64,000 bases of DNA from Takakia lepidozioides. Lineage: Eukaryota; Plantae; Bryophyta. This document shows positions 1 to 12,083 of the stretch, one piece after another. The stretch spans positions 53,010,001-53,074,000 of the forward strand of contig CM060733.1 in assembly GCA_030704615.1 (NCBI GenBank), given 5' to 3'. Numbering within the stretch: position 1 is the first letter of the stretch; every line of letters starts with the position of its first letter. Both the position numbers and the translations under genes were made by a program. The notes beneath the pieces were generated by a model, which worked only from the letters and a program-made list of their open reading frames with translations, did no database searches and was not told the origin of the DNA.

Positions 1-1435
1 ACTGATTCTAGACCACAGCGCGCATACGAGACAAGGTCAGATGACATTGCACTAAAACGGTCGTAACAGACAGGCGATGCTTCTGACAGGGACCTGAGGC
101 TGCGGCATTACAACACCGCATGGCAGGGGAAAAAAAACGCATCGGCACGGGACCGCAAGTTCATCATGTGCGAGAAAAACTCGGAACCTAAACCAACCCG
201 GAGCACAATGTAACAGTGACAATGGATCCGCATCAACTTAATCTGTAGAGACTCGAGACTGAGCTCAGCACACGAGAAGGACAAAAACACACAGACAGAG
301 GGAGGGACACAGAGAGGAAGAAGGGAGAGCGGAAAAGGCTATGGCTCGCTGCAACCGGCGCATCGGAAATCCCACGTGGATATCTGACTGCGATAGTTAC
401 ATCGCGTTAATCGAAATTTCTCACGATTCTGTTATCCCATACCGTTTGCACCTTTCTCCTCATTCCAGCAGGCTATATAATCTCCAAAAATCCTACAAGT
501 TTGGTACAATGTGAGGGGCCCGATGGACAGATGAAGGGTTGAACACAGGATCGCTCTGGTTACACACAGGCTCAAGTGCTCGGAGGGCGCGCCAGCGAGG
601 CACAGCAGTTCGAAAACCAGGGTGACCGGCGCAGGTGACTGGCGCAGCCCGTGCGCCGGTTCAAACGCGCTCGCGGGCGGTAAGGGCGGGCAGCCCCGGG
701 CAGACCCGTTGCGTGCGCGTCGCTTTGGCGGGGCTAGGTTTGCTCACACTCCGTTTGGAATCTTTGGTCATACCTGCTGCCTTCTCGAAGCTCTCTCGAA
801 GATTTACTCGGCAGTGTTTTGAGTGGTGGTGGACGGGAGAGGTGTGCGATGGTGGTGATTGCTGAGAATTTGGAGGGTTTGCTGAATGAGGTGTACGCAT
901 CCATGGGCTTTGTGAAGCTGGTTAGAACTGGTTACGTATAATACTGCATACTGCTGTGCCTTGTGGCGTTCGATCCCCTCCTCGTGTGATATTGAAGGAT
1001 GCACAGTTAGAACGTATGGAGGACTGTTCCCCAGCGCTGTTCAGTGTGATCAGGAGCAGTGGATCAGTCTGTTGCTTGAAGCTGAGCTGCACAGAATTAA
1101 CAGGGTGATGTGGTAGTGTGAGCAGCAGTGGGATATACAAAGGCTAGATAATAAGCAAGACGCTTAGAATATATACTAGTCTCGGCTCGTCTCAGTTTAA
1201 CTCACTCCGATCAGATCTAGATGAGGAACGTGAATAAACTTAGCAATTGAAAGGGAATAATGAATTATTGAGCAATGCGCCAAGGGCAAAGAGGTCCATG
1301 CTGAGATCATGAAAGCTGGAGTGATCTTCTCCGGAGAACCCTCATGGACATTTAGGGGGTTCATCTTGCGCCATGGGTTTCCCTCTTTACAAAACTCACA
1401 AACATGAAGGACCTAACTTGGTGGTAATTATTGAA

Positions 1436-1634
1436 CGTAAAGGATTTTGGGGGCAGATTCTGCCGTTTTTTAGGCAAATTAGGATGCAGAAGATCGACGC
1501 TCCACGGCGCTGGCGCTTTCTGCGTTCCTAATCGGCTGTTTGACTCTCCTAATCGGCAGTTTGACTTTAATTGGCTCATTATGGCCTGCAGCCAATCAGG
1601 GCCTCGCAGAATCTGCCCCCAAAATTCCTTTACG
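1436..1634. mobile_element. MITE-like element with ~28-bp terminal inverted repeats
   Basis: CGTAAAGGATTTTGGGGGCAGATTCTGC (1436-1463) is the reverse complement of GCAGAATCTGCCCCCAAAATTCCTTTACG (1606-1634) with one indel. TA at 1438-39 and 1631-32 is a possible TSD. No coding capacity. Confidence 0.7.
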
Positions 1635-1969
1635 CCAAGGGCAAAAAGGAATGAATGTGGCTACTACCGGGCCTCGCCCTAGTGACTGACTAGGGGCCAT
1701 AATGCGCCCTAGGGGGCGCGTTCTCTAGTACAAAAAGGAATGAATGTGGCTAGTAGGCGCCCGCCTGTTAAGGACTGTGCTTTTTCTGTTGTTATTTTCC
1801 CTTTACGCCAATAAAACTCTCCATAAATCCATATATAACTTATCTGATATATAGGAGTGATCCTCATTAGCAGATCATTTATCCTATATATCAGTTAAAT
1901 TATTATTTAATTAATAAACATTTAGTTTCTATGATATGTCTTTTGGATCTGCGGATTTTATTATGTAGA

Positions 1970-2235
1970 GAGAGACTTTGCATCAAGTTGAAGTCAACGG
2001 AGAACATGTGGTCAAAGGACCTTACACCGTGTCAATGCACCGATTGGTGTGTTGTGCTGAGTCATGCCCCTCTCTCACCTTCCTCTTATGTTCTGCCAAA
2101 GCAAGAGAGCCAATCGCAGTTTTAGGCTTGTTTTATTGGCTCTATCCCTTCAGGGCAGAGACTTTGCATCATGTTGAAGTCAATGGAGAAAATGTGGTCA
2201 ACGGACCTTACACCGTGTCACGAATATGATTGGTC
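1970..2235 (+). repeat. Two copies of an unidentified dispersed repeat (third copy inverted at 29079-29226)
   Basis: GAGACTTTGCATCA..GTGGTCAA(A/C)GGACCTTACACCGTGTCA occurs at ~1972 and ~2158; a reverse-complement copy lies at ~29079-29226. Confidence 0.85.
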
Positions 2236-3179
2236 TAAAAAATTGTCAAAACTGTCCCAAAAAAAAAAATCGTTGCTTCAATGGATAGAGCATCTTGCAG
2301 TTTGCAGCAAATTGTCGAAAAACAAAAAAAAATGTTGCTTCATTGGACAGAGCCTCTTGCGGTTTGCGGTTTTTAATTTCAATAATTTCAAGTAAAATCT
2401 TGTATCTGTTTAAAATATATTCCTACACCATCTATTAACATAGGACCCCTACAGCCATGGGTTGTGCTAAAGTCGTTTTTCTTTTATTTTTTCTCGTAGG
2501 GTACCAACAGGCTTCTAGCTATAGTCCACTTTGTTTGTCTTTCTTGATTGTTTGGCTCCTTGAGTTGATCACTCATGTGTTCATGTTTTATGGCCACATC
2601 ATGAGGGTTAGAATTTTTTTCTCTCGAACTATTTGTCAGCTTAGTCTTTCAGATGGGTTTTTTCTTTTTTTTCCATTAAAAAATGACGTTATTTTGTTAC
2701 TATGCTTTATATTGATTATGTAAATAGAGAAGCCAAAGCAAGCGTAACAAGTTACGATCCCTTCATCCCAACAATGGCTATTGTTTTATATTTGTACAAC
2801 GTGAACACCTTTACGAAGCCTGTTGTTACCAAGGCAATGTTGTTGCCAACCCTCCCCTTGACTAAAAAGTTCTTAGCTACTCAGATAATATTCGTACGTA
2901 TCCGATTGATTCCATTTTATAGGTGGGTGGGTTACAATGGGTGCCACATATGTGGCTTGGAATAGGCTTGGAAACCATGTACATTAACCCCTAAACCCCT
3001 AAATGCCCATCGAGCCAATGGTTAGTTTATCCAAAATGAGGCGATTTTTCACAACAGTTCGTTAAGGATGGAGGAGGACTGGAAGAAGAGGTTGAAGACG
3101 CATGGCTAATGCCTTAGTAATGATCTTGTCTCTCCGACGGTTTGTTTTTTGAAGAAGCTTGAATGAATTTGTTCAGAAG

Positions 3180-4288
3180 TGGAGTAAGGCAGTAGCAAGA
3201 TCACATGCCCAGGGCAGAAATTTGAGAGAGAAGGCCCTCCTCAAATGCCTGGCCCAATGCCAGAAGGTTTCGGAATGAGAATGGGCTTACTCCCAGATGT
3301 GGGACTCCTATCAGCTGGCAAAAAGAAAACTTGCTGAAGTTATGCATGCAAAAGAGGAAAATATGAGGAGAAAAGTTGGAATCAATTAGTCTCTACGTGG
3401 GGAGAAAATGTCCCGCTACTTTTTTCTAAAAGCAAAGCAGCGAAGGGCTGCTACAACTATTGCTTTATTTTCTGATGAGCATGGTTCGCCAGTCTCCAAT
3501 CCCAAGCAAATGGCTTCTCTGGCAGCCTCACACTTCGCTGGATTATTCAGCTCTAGGGCTTCATCCCCCTTGATTTTGAGGCACGCTCTAGAATTCTTGA
3601 CACCTTCCAGACGGTAGTTACTAAAGCTGAGATTGAGAAACTTTCAGCTCCATTTTCCTCCAACGAACTGTCAGAAGCCTTGTCAAGCCTTGCATCCTTT
3701 AAATCCCCAGGCCTCGATGGCTTACCGGTGGAGCTGTTCAAAGCTATATGGGCTGGGTGTGATATAGATTTTGTGGCTTTCATTGACGATATTTTGATGA
3801 AAGGTATAATGCCTTCTCAAATATCCCAAGGCGTCATTACCCTCATTCACAAGAAAGGTGATAGGGAGTCTCTAAACAATTATAGGCCGATAATGCTTCT
3901 GAATTTTGTCTACAAAATCATTGCTAAATGCTTGGCTCTGAGCCTTCAACATCTCCTCCACAAGTTGATTAGGCCGGAGCAAACAGGGTTCCCTAAAGAT
4001 CGAATGATACTAGACAATATCTTGCTGGTGAGTGAAGCCCTCAACTTTGCCTCTGAGGAAAACCAGCCTGTGGCTCTCCTCATGTTGGATTTCGAGAAAG
4101 CATTTGATAACATTGAATAGTGTTACCTTCTGGGGGCAATTGAGAGATGTGGTATTCAAGGAAGCTTCCTTAAATGGATTAGTATCCTTTTGCAGTCAAC
4201 TTCCAGTAAGGTTGAGATGAACGGCCATGTCTCCTTTTCCTTCCATCTCTTCCGTTTAGTGCGGCAGGGGTGCCCTCTCTCTCCTTTC
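3180..4288 (+). mobile_element. Degenerate L1-clade LINE ORF2 (reverse transcriptase N-half), truncated by copia insertion
   Basis: ORF 3680-4120 has KSPGLDG, NYRPIMLLN, KIIAK, EQTGF and LDFEKAFD. Downstream it reads VRQGCPLSPF up to 4288. Stops and frameshifts present; 5' limit approximate. Confidence 0.9.
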
Positions 4289-4516
4289 TGTTGGAATTAA
4301 CACACCCATGTTGTGATGCCGCTAGATCAGGCCTTTGTTAATGCACCGCTCCTTAAATCTAGATAGTAGTTGGGCACCGTTTGTATCAGTAATTATAGCT
4401 TCATTATAGTTAGCGATAAGGCCCATGTGGTCCTGCTCTCCTTATCCTTGTGACAAACGTTGTATATGTATTCACACCTCTGGTGTTCTAGTCAGTTGAT
4501 CAACTCATTCTTTTCA
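4289..4516 (+). repeat. Copia 5' LTR (228 bp, TG...CA)
   Basis: Begins TGTTGGAATTAACACACCC, ends TTTTCA directly before the PBS. First 31 bp are repeated at 9061-9091. Confidence 0.9.
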
Positions 4517-4528
4517 TGGTATTAGAGC
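4517..4528 (+). promoter_or_regulatory. Primer-binding site (tRNA-iMet type) of copia element
   Basis: TGGTATTAGAGC, one mismatch to canonical TGGTATCAGAGC. Confidence 0.85.
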
Positions 4529-4831
4529 GAGGATAGTAGACTACACGGGTAGTCATGAATCTTTGAGGGTACCTTCAAGACCTATACGGTTAGAGTCTGA
4601 GGAGGATATCTGAGAGCATTTTTTTTGTTTCGTAGAGAAACAAGGAAGAAGATGGTCAAGGGACTGGGACGTCGTGGAGAGGCTACACGAAAGTAGTTTG
4701 CTTTCTTTCTCTTAGTTCTTCATAGCATTTCTTTATGCTGAAAGTAGATTAGTGTAAGCTATTGATTTGTAAACACTTACTATTTTTTTTTAATTTCTTT
4801 TGTTGTAGTGTATATCGCATCGTAGAACAGT

Positions 4832-7800
4832 ATGTCAGGAACAAAGCACTCCATAGGTGAGAACAGAAGCTTGAAGGAGCTTCAAACTATGCCATGTGGA
4901 AGTTCAGGATACAAAGTATCCTTGAACGCGAGGATCTTTGGGAAATAGTACAACCGGAGGAAGACACTAGCTCCGCCAACACTAGCTCCGTCTCTGAGCT
5001 CTTGCCCGATCCTAGAGATGTTGATCATGTTCTTAGAAAGCAAAGGATGAAGGCTTTCTCTATCATCAAGCTATCGGTGAAAGACCATATTGTACCTTTC
5101 ATACTACATGCCAAAGGACCAAGGGAGTGCTGGGATATTTTGAAGTGGCAGTTTGAAGTCAAGAACAACGCCAAGAGGTTGGCAATCCGAAATCGTTTCT
5201 CAAACCTATGAAAGGAGAAAGGCATGACTGTCGCTGACTTCATGAGGCAAGTACAAGACACACTCAACCAACTCAGTGAGTTTGGTGAACTGCCATCTGA
5301 GAGCATCATCGTGGAGCAGATAATCAATGCCTTGCCAGCTAGTTTCAACAGCTTCATCAGGGCTATCTCGAGCAAAAAAAGAACTCCCAACCATCCAAGA
5401 AATAGCTGGAAGGCTCCAACTTGAAGAGAGCCGCAATGCAAATCGAACTCGAGCCCAAGACGAGGAGGCCCTAGTTCTCAAGTTTCGAAGGATCCTCAAG
5501 CAATGGAGAAACGATCGAGTTGAAAACAGGAGGTTCAACTCTGATGTCGGACAATTTGGCTCACAAACTAAACCTGGCTACTGCAACAAATGCGGAAAGA
5601 AAGGACATTGGGCAAGGGAATGTCCAGGTATTGGGAGTTCCTTCTCCGATAAAACTTCTTCCTTTGAGAGGAACAAAGGAAAACAAATTAATGTCATTTG
5701 TGATGACAGTGAAGGTGAGCCCGAGATTGACGATTCAGAGACTGCCAATGAAGTGTTGGAGGCGGCACTTGCAGCAGTGGCTTTAGAAACAGATGATACA
5801 TCATGGATCTTAGATTCAGGGGCCTCAAGGCACGTGACTGGAAACTCACAACTTCTAGATCACATAAAACAGCCAACAGAGCCATCTAATGTTAAAACTG
5901 CCGGTGGGCAATCGCACGCTGTGCGCGGCAAGGGTGATGTAAAAATTTGTTTCCCGAGTGGAGAAATAAAAAAGATCAGCGATGTTCTTTACGTGCCAGG
6001 CCTCACAAAGAACCTGTTATCAATAGGTACTTTGACATATGCTAATCTCGTAGCAATATTTGACTCTGAGAAGTGTTTGCTGGTGACTAAGAATACGCCT
6101 CCTGAAATTGTGGCTAGAGGTATAAGAGATAATGCAACGGGACTATACCGTCTTCACATTCAGCCTGCCAATGTTGAGTTGCATGTGGTCGAAAATCTCG
6201 ATGAGGTTTTCCTATGGCACAAGAAGATTGGGCACCTTAATCTTCAAAGTCTTTTTCACTTGAGCAACAAGGACGTTGCAACAGGGTTGCCAAAACTCCC
6301 GCTGATATCTAGTGTATGTGAAGGCTGCCAGTATGGAAACACCAGAGGGAGAGCTTCCCCAAGAAAAGTCTCAACCGAGCAACACAGGTACTTGAACTCA
6401 TACATACAGATCTTTGTGGCCCCTTGTCACCTTCGTTGAGAGGGGCTCGATACTTTATCACATTCACAAATGACTATTCGAGAAAAACGCGGATTTATTT
6501 CTTGAGACTGAAAAGTGAGGCATTACAGAAATTCAAGTTTTTCAAAGCTCAAGTTGAAAATCAGACAGGGCATAGAATCAAAATTCTACGATCTGATCGA
6601 GGGGGTGAGTATCTTTCAAATGACTTCATCAAATTTTGCAATGAAGAAGGCATACGGAGACAGCTCACTCAAGCTCACACGCCGCAACAAAACGGTGTTG
6701 CTGAACGTAAGAACTGTACTTTGCTTGATAGAGCACGCAGCATGGCTCTTACTTGCAACTTACCCAAGTTCTTGTGGAGTGAGGCAATTAACACGGCAAA
6801 TTACCTGGTGAATCGATCACAAGGCCAACGGTATCAATCCGGAGGAAAAATATTCAGGTATCAAACCAGATCTTTCACTCCTCCGTATTTTTGGTTGCAA
6901 GGTTTTTGTTCACATAGCCAAGGAAGACGTGGCATCTAAGTTATCTCCAAGGTCATTGAAATGTCTGTTTGTGGGATATAATGAGGAGACCAAGGGTTTC
7001 AGATGCTTTAGTCCTCAAGGCAGAAAGGTGGTCATCACAAGGGATGTTCACTTTGATGAATCGAGCATGTCTAGCCTTCCGACATCCTCATCTCCACCTC
7101 CCTTAAGTGCTTTCAGATCCAAGTCCAATCATAAATGACAATTTGCAACCATGTCATCTACCCACTGTACTTGTTCCTGACCAAGCTTGCATTTCTCCCA
7201 TCAAAGCTACACCTATTGATCCTTCAACTCAAAGTGTCTTGGAGTCATGTCATTCATCACCTTTAGGTATTGAGGTGCCCACGACTTCGACAGAACCACT
7301 CACACCAGAGTGGAGTCCAGACCAAAGGGTTGAAAATTCAGACGATGATAGAGATCTTGCAGGTGCACATGAGCAGCCGAGAGCAGGTATAAATTCCCCA
7401 CTGGCTATTCGTAAGTCTGGAAGAACGATCATCTGGCCCATTCAATTCGATGACTACGTAGCAATTGCAGAAGCTGGTGAGCCATAAAAATATTCTGAGG
7501 CAATTGGAAATCCGAAATGGCAAGCTACGATGGATCAAGAAATGGCCTCAATCAAAAGAAACTCCACGTGGGACTTAGTGGATTTACCGCCACAAAAACA
7601 TCCAATCACGGCAAAGTGGGTTTATAAAATCAAGGAAGGAGTTGACGGCAAAGGTGATACATTCAAGGCTCGTCTTGTGGCTCGAGGGTTCAAACAAAGA
7701 GAAGGCATAGATTACGATGAGACCTTTGCACCCGTTGTCAAGTGGGGCACCTTACGAACACTTGTAGCCCTAGCAGCTCAACATGATTGGAAGATGTACC

Positions 7801-9025
7801 AACTAGATATCAAGACGGCATTTCTTAATGGGGATCTTAAAGAAGAAGTCTTCATGACTCAACCTGAGGGGTTCATTGCCACTGGGAAGGAGAATAAGGT
7901 GTGCAGGTTGAACAAAGCCCTCTATGGGCTGAAGCAAGCTCCACGGGCCTGGTAAAAATCGACAACTACCTCCAAGAACAAGGTATGCACAGAAGCAATG
8001 CTGACTACAATATGTACTATGTCAATGAAAGTGAGAAACTTGTCATTCTTGTGCTATATGTTGACGACCTGTTGATAACAGGAAATGATAGTGTCCAAAT
8101 TGAGTGGATCAAAGATCAATTACAGCAGAGATTCGAAATGACAAACTTGGGGGAAATGTCTCATTACTTGAGAATAGAATTTTTGTATCTCAGGGAGGGC
8201 ATCTTCATGACACAGCGTGGGTACATCACCAAAATGCTCGAACAATTTGGGCTTTCAGATTGCAACCCAAAACCGACTCCAATGCTCGAAGGGACAAAAC
8301 TTATCATTAACATGGGTGATGAGCTTGCAGATGCTACTATATATCGGCAAATGGTTGGTAAGCTCATATATCTTACCAACACGAGACCTGACATCTCCTA
8401 CTCTGTGGGTGTCGTTAGCCGCTTCATGAATAACCCGCAAGCACCTCATATGGAAGCAGTTAAGCACATTTTCAGATACTTGAAGGGGACAATTGAACTT
8501 GGGGTTCTCTTCAAGAAACAAGGAACCAGCGAGATCACAGGATTCACCGACGCGGACTGGGCAGGTGACCAGGAAAATAGAAGATCCACTACGGGGTAAG
8601 TATTTCAACTGGGAGGTAGTCCTGTAACGTGGTGCTCTAAACGTCAACCCACAGTGGCTCTCAACTCTACAGAGGCCGAGTACCGAGCCCTAGCCGAAGG
8701 GACAAAGGAATCGATTTGGTTGCAGCACCTATCCAACGAGTTAGGTATCTTCGGAGAAGAACCCATACAAATCTGGTGTGATAATATGAGTAGCATAAAA
8801 ATTGCAAAGAATCAAATTCTTCATGCACGCACAAAACACATCGAGGTACACTATCATTTTGTGCGAGAGCAAGTACAACAAGGAATGGTGGATCTTGCAC
8901 ATGTATCGACCGGGGACCAAATAGCAGATATACTGACTAAACCTTTGGGGAGAGTGAAATTTGAAGGACTTAGAGAGAAGCTAGGTGTTGTCTCTCTTAG
9001 CAGGCTGAGCACCTCAAGAGAGTAG
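4832..9025 (+). pseudogene. Copia gag-pol polyprotein, multiple frameshifts and stops
   Basis: ORF pieces 4894-5211, 5327-6439, 6424-6939, 7530-7955, 7901-8599 and 8654-9025 in gag-PR-INT-RT-RH order. Confidence 0.93.
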
Positions 9026-9034
9026 TTCAGTATT

Positions 9035-9091
9035 GAGAGGAGGATGGGTGTGAGAGGAGGTGTTGGAATTAACACACCCATGTTGTGATGC
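9035..9091 (+). repeat. Copia polypurine tract and truncated 3' LTR
   Basis: GAGAGGAGG immediately precedes TGTTGGAATT... at 9061. LTR identity stops at GATGC (9087-9091), where a new TG-starting element begins. Confidence 0.85.
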
Positions 9092-9210
9092 TGTTAGAGG
9101 GCTGCTTGGGACTTTAACGCTTTTACGGGTTCTGTGGGGTACCCTTAATTTTTACACAGACTGAGACCAACAGGAGCCTTAGGGGTGACAGCAGTAGGCT
9201 TTAGGGGGGG

Positions 9211-9470
9211 TGACACAGCCCGTCACAGCCAGTCACAGCCAACACAGCCCGACACAGCCGCCACAGCTTCGCACAGTCCGTCACAGCCAACACAGCCCGA
9301 CACAGCCCGACACAGCCGACACAGCCAGTCATAGCCGCCACAGCTTCGCACAGCTCGACACAGTCCGTCACAGTCCGTCACAGCCAATCACAGCCGACAC
9401 AGCCTGACAAAGCCAGTCACAGCCCGTCACAGCTTCACACAGCCCAACGCAGTTTTGCAGAGTTGTCACA
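9211..9470 (+). repeat. Degenerate ~10-bp CACAGCC-core minisatellite in putative gypsy 5' LTR
   Basis: About 25 units such as ACACAGCCCG / TCACAGCCAG. Confidence 0.9.
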
Positions 9471-9999
9471 GTACAGGGGGAACGGTTAACATGGACAGGG
9501 AACGACTGTGTGGGAACGACATCGGCAGAGGGAATATGTTACTTCAGGGGTGACGGTTAGTTAGCAAGGCGGTTAGAACAGCTTGTAGGTAGATAAAGCC
9601 AAGAGCGGGGACTTTTTGGGGATCGCGTCTTGGATCACTTCTTAGACCAGGGGAGAAGGTCAGACGGAGGGCACGATCTTGGAGCTCAGGGATGATGATT
9701 ACACAGAAGATGAGATGATGACTTGATGGAGGGTTATTTCATGCAGAGCTGTAGTAGGGCGGATTAGAGTCACATTGACATTGGCCTAGTACCTAATAAA
9801 TCGTAATCTGATACTTATTCGATATAAGCACACTGTGTAGAGAGACATAAGTGAAGCTGTGAAATGAATGCATGATTAACTGGAACTAAGAAAATACTGA
9901 AGCAATCTGATGCTTCAGTATCAGATAAGGTAAATTGATAACATGAAGGCAAGAAGGAATACAAAGGGAAGCACAACCATGATTCACTAGCTGCAGGTC

Positions 10000-12083
10000 A
10001 TGACTGATTATACTGAGCGGGCTGAATGCTTAGAGATATCCAACTCTTCTATCTTGGAGTTTCCACCTCGAATAACGAAGGGATGGGTGAGTAAAAGCCG
10101 TTCGACATTTGGCGACCATACTGGGGAACTAAGTCTTGAACAACCAGATGTGACAGGCATCTGCTGGGATCATGGTGGTTGGAGAATTAAAGAATTTGAT
10201 GTGAATCAAATTCCCTGTGAAACTGAGAAGGAAAGATTGTCCAAACAATTTTTTCAGAGGTTCTTGTAATTGCCAGACGGTTGTAAAGAAAACATTCTTA
10301 AGAGAGTGCATGATGTTGACCCTGAGTGGGGTCTGGAGAAAGGGGTGATAAAGATTTATCAGGTGGCCTGTAGAGGAAGAGCACGTTGGTTACCAACACT
10401 GGTTTATGTGATAGCATTACTATCCATTAAGCGAGTAGAGTTTGAAGGCTGGGAGGAAAAGAAGGTGAATGTTTATACTCATATGCATGAAGAGCTTGTA
10501 CTGGTAAAGAATTGGATTCCAAAGGATATTCTGTGGATCAAACTCACACCAAGAACAGCTTTCCAGACTTGTTTGCTATATGGTTATATGGTAATGGAGA
10601 CTTCTAGTATAGCCAAGGGTGCATTGAAGCTTGAAAGAAACCCAGGCATATACGAGAGATACTACAGAAGAGAGTTCTGGTTATTGCCACATTAAAGAAA
10701 TGAAAGACATGGGACATGGGTGATGAAAGAGAAGCTAGACTCCAGAGATATTCAGCAAAAAGAGAAAGTTATCTGAAAGCTAATTATCCATATCTTTGGG
10801 AAAGAGGAATAGACATAGGGGAATCATCTGGACCTCTCACACCATTAAGATCAGAGAGTACATCACCCATACCGGAAGAACTAGAGTTGGATGTCACTCC
10901 TTCTTTTTCTTTGCAAGAAAGATTAAGGGAATTGGTACGGGAAGAAGATCAACCGTGAGGTGAAAGATCTGAGGTACATCCCTGGATAAAAGATTTGACA
11001 GAAATCTTTGATAAGAGTTGGCATGGAACACCAAAAGTAGGAACTCCAGTTTTTGAAACGGAAGGTGAAGAAAGAGGGGAGGATGTGGCAGAGCCAACGG
11101 AGAGTTCAGACTCTCCAACACCATTGCAGTTGAGTTACATGAGTGAAGGAGAAACCCAAGGGCAGAACTTGGAGGATGAAAACAGAGAGAAGAAATTGGA
11201 AGAGGAAGAGTATGAAGAAGTAGACCCAATAGCTGAGGTTGAGACTACAACCAGAACATCCCAACCCGTTGGACTTGGATCAAGTGGAGCACTTGGATCA
11301 CAAGCCAATGAAGGTGTCGGCTCACGGGGATCAGGCGGGCAGCCTGGATCTGGCTCTGGGGGGACAGGGAGTGTGGGAAGTAGTGCAACTGGAGCTGGGA
11401 ATACTGTGAATATCGTGGGGCCAGTAGCAGGGAGTGTTCAGGGGCCACCACTTGGTGGAAGATCCACCACAACTACAACAGGTCCTCAAGGACCAGCACC
11501 AGCAAGGGGGCCAGCATCTGTCAGTGGGCAGAGGGTAGGGCCACAGATGGCGTTACAACCAACACGGGCAAAACCACATTTTCCAATATATTCAGGAAAA
11601 GGGGATCCCGATGTACACATTAGCCAATTTGAGTACATGTGTATTGTGAACAATGAGAATGACGAGGATGCCAAGATGAGATTGTTTCCTTGTTCACTTA
11701 TTAAGAAAGCAAGTGAATGGTATGCAAGATTCCCTGATAATCATTTCATAACCTGGAATGGCTTGAATACAGCATTCCGAAATAGGTTCAGGACAAGTAA
11801 AACTGAGGATGAAGTGTATGGAAGTTTACAACAGTTAAAGCAAAAGAAGCATGAAACTGTTGAGGAGTATATGGAAAAAATGGAATTGATGATGAACCAG
11901 CTGGCTGCTGTACCAACACCAGGTTTACAGAAGACTTGGTTTGTGAGTGGACTAAGACCAGAGTTGCAAAAGAAAGTGGATATGTTACCCCATAATACAG
12001 TGGAAGAGGCATTTGAAACAATGAACAGAATTGAGCAATTGGGAATGCTCAGGAGAGAGAAAAGGGATGATGAGGACTCTGAG
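10000..12083 (+). pseudogene. Gypsy gag N-terminal part with long uncharacterised N-terminal extension
   Basis: ORFs 10000-10269/10270-10695 and 10716-10958/10995-12107 are separated by single stops and one frameshift. Retrotransposon-gag motifs FPIYSGKGDP, LFPCSL..ASEWY, TWNGL..AF. Confidence 0.75.

Larger units (their letters stand above)
4289..9091 (+). mobile_element. Ty1/copia LTR retrotransposon, decayed; 3' LTR interrupted after 31 bp
   Basis: 5' LTR, PBS, gag (CNKCGKKGHWAREC), protease (WILDSGAS), integrase (RSDRGGEY, QNGVAER), RT (LYVDD), RNase H (TDADW), PPT, then the 3' LTR start at 9061 identical to 4289. Confidence 0.95.

Noticed and set aside
1-1140. Possible gene 5' end on minus strand and GC-rich inverted motifs at 625-662
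   Set aside because: No supportable coding or element signature.
2985-3003. Telomere-like CCCCTAAA repeats (similar at ~32330)
   Set aside because: Only 2-3 degenerate units; common telo-box-like sequence.
9775-9945. End of gypsy 5' LTR and PBS
   Set aside because: Two candidates (TGACA at 9780 followed by TTGGCCTAGTACC; TAACA at 9943) cannot be resolved without a second LTR.
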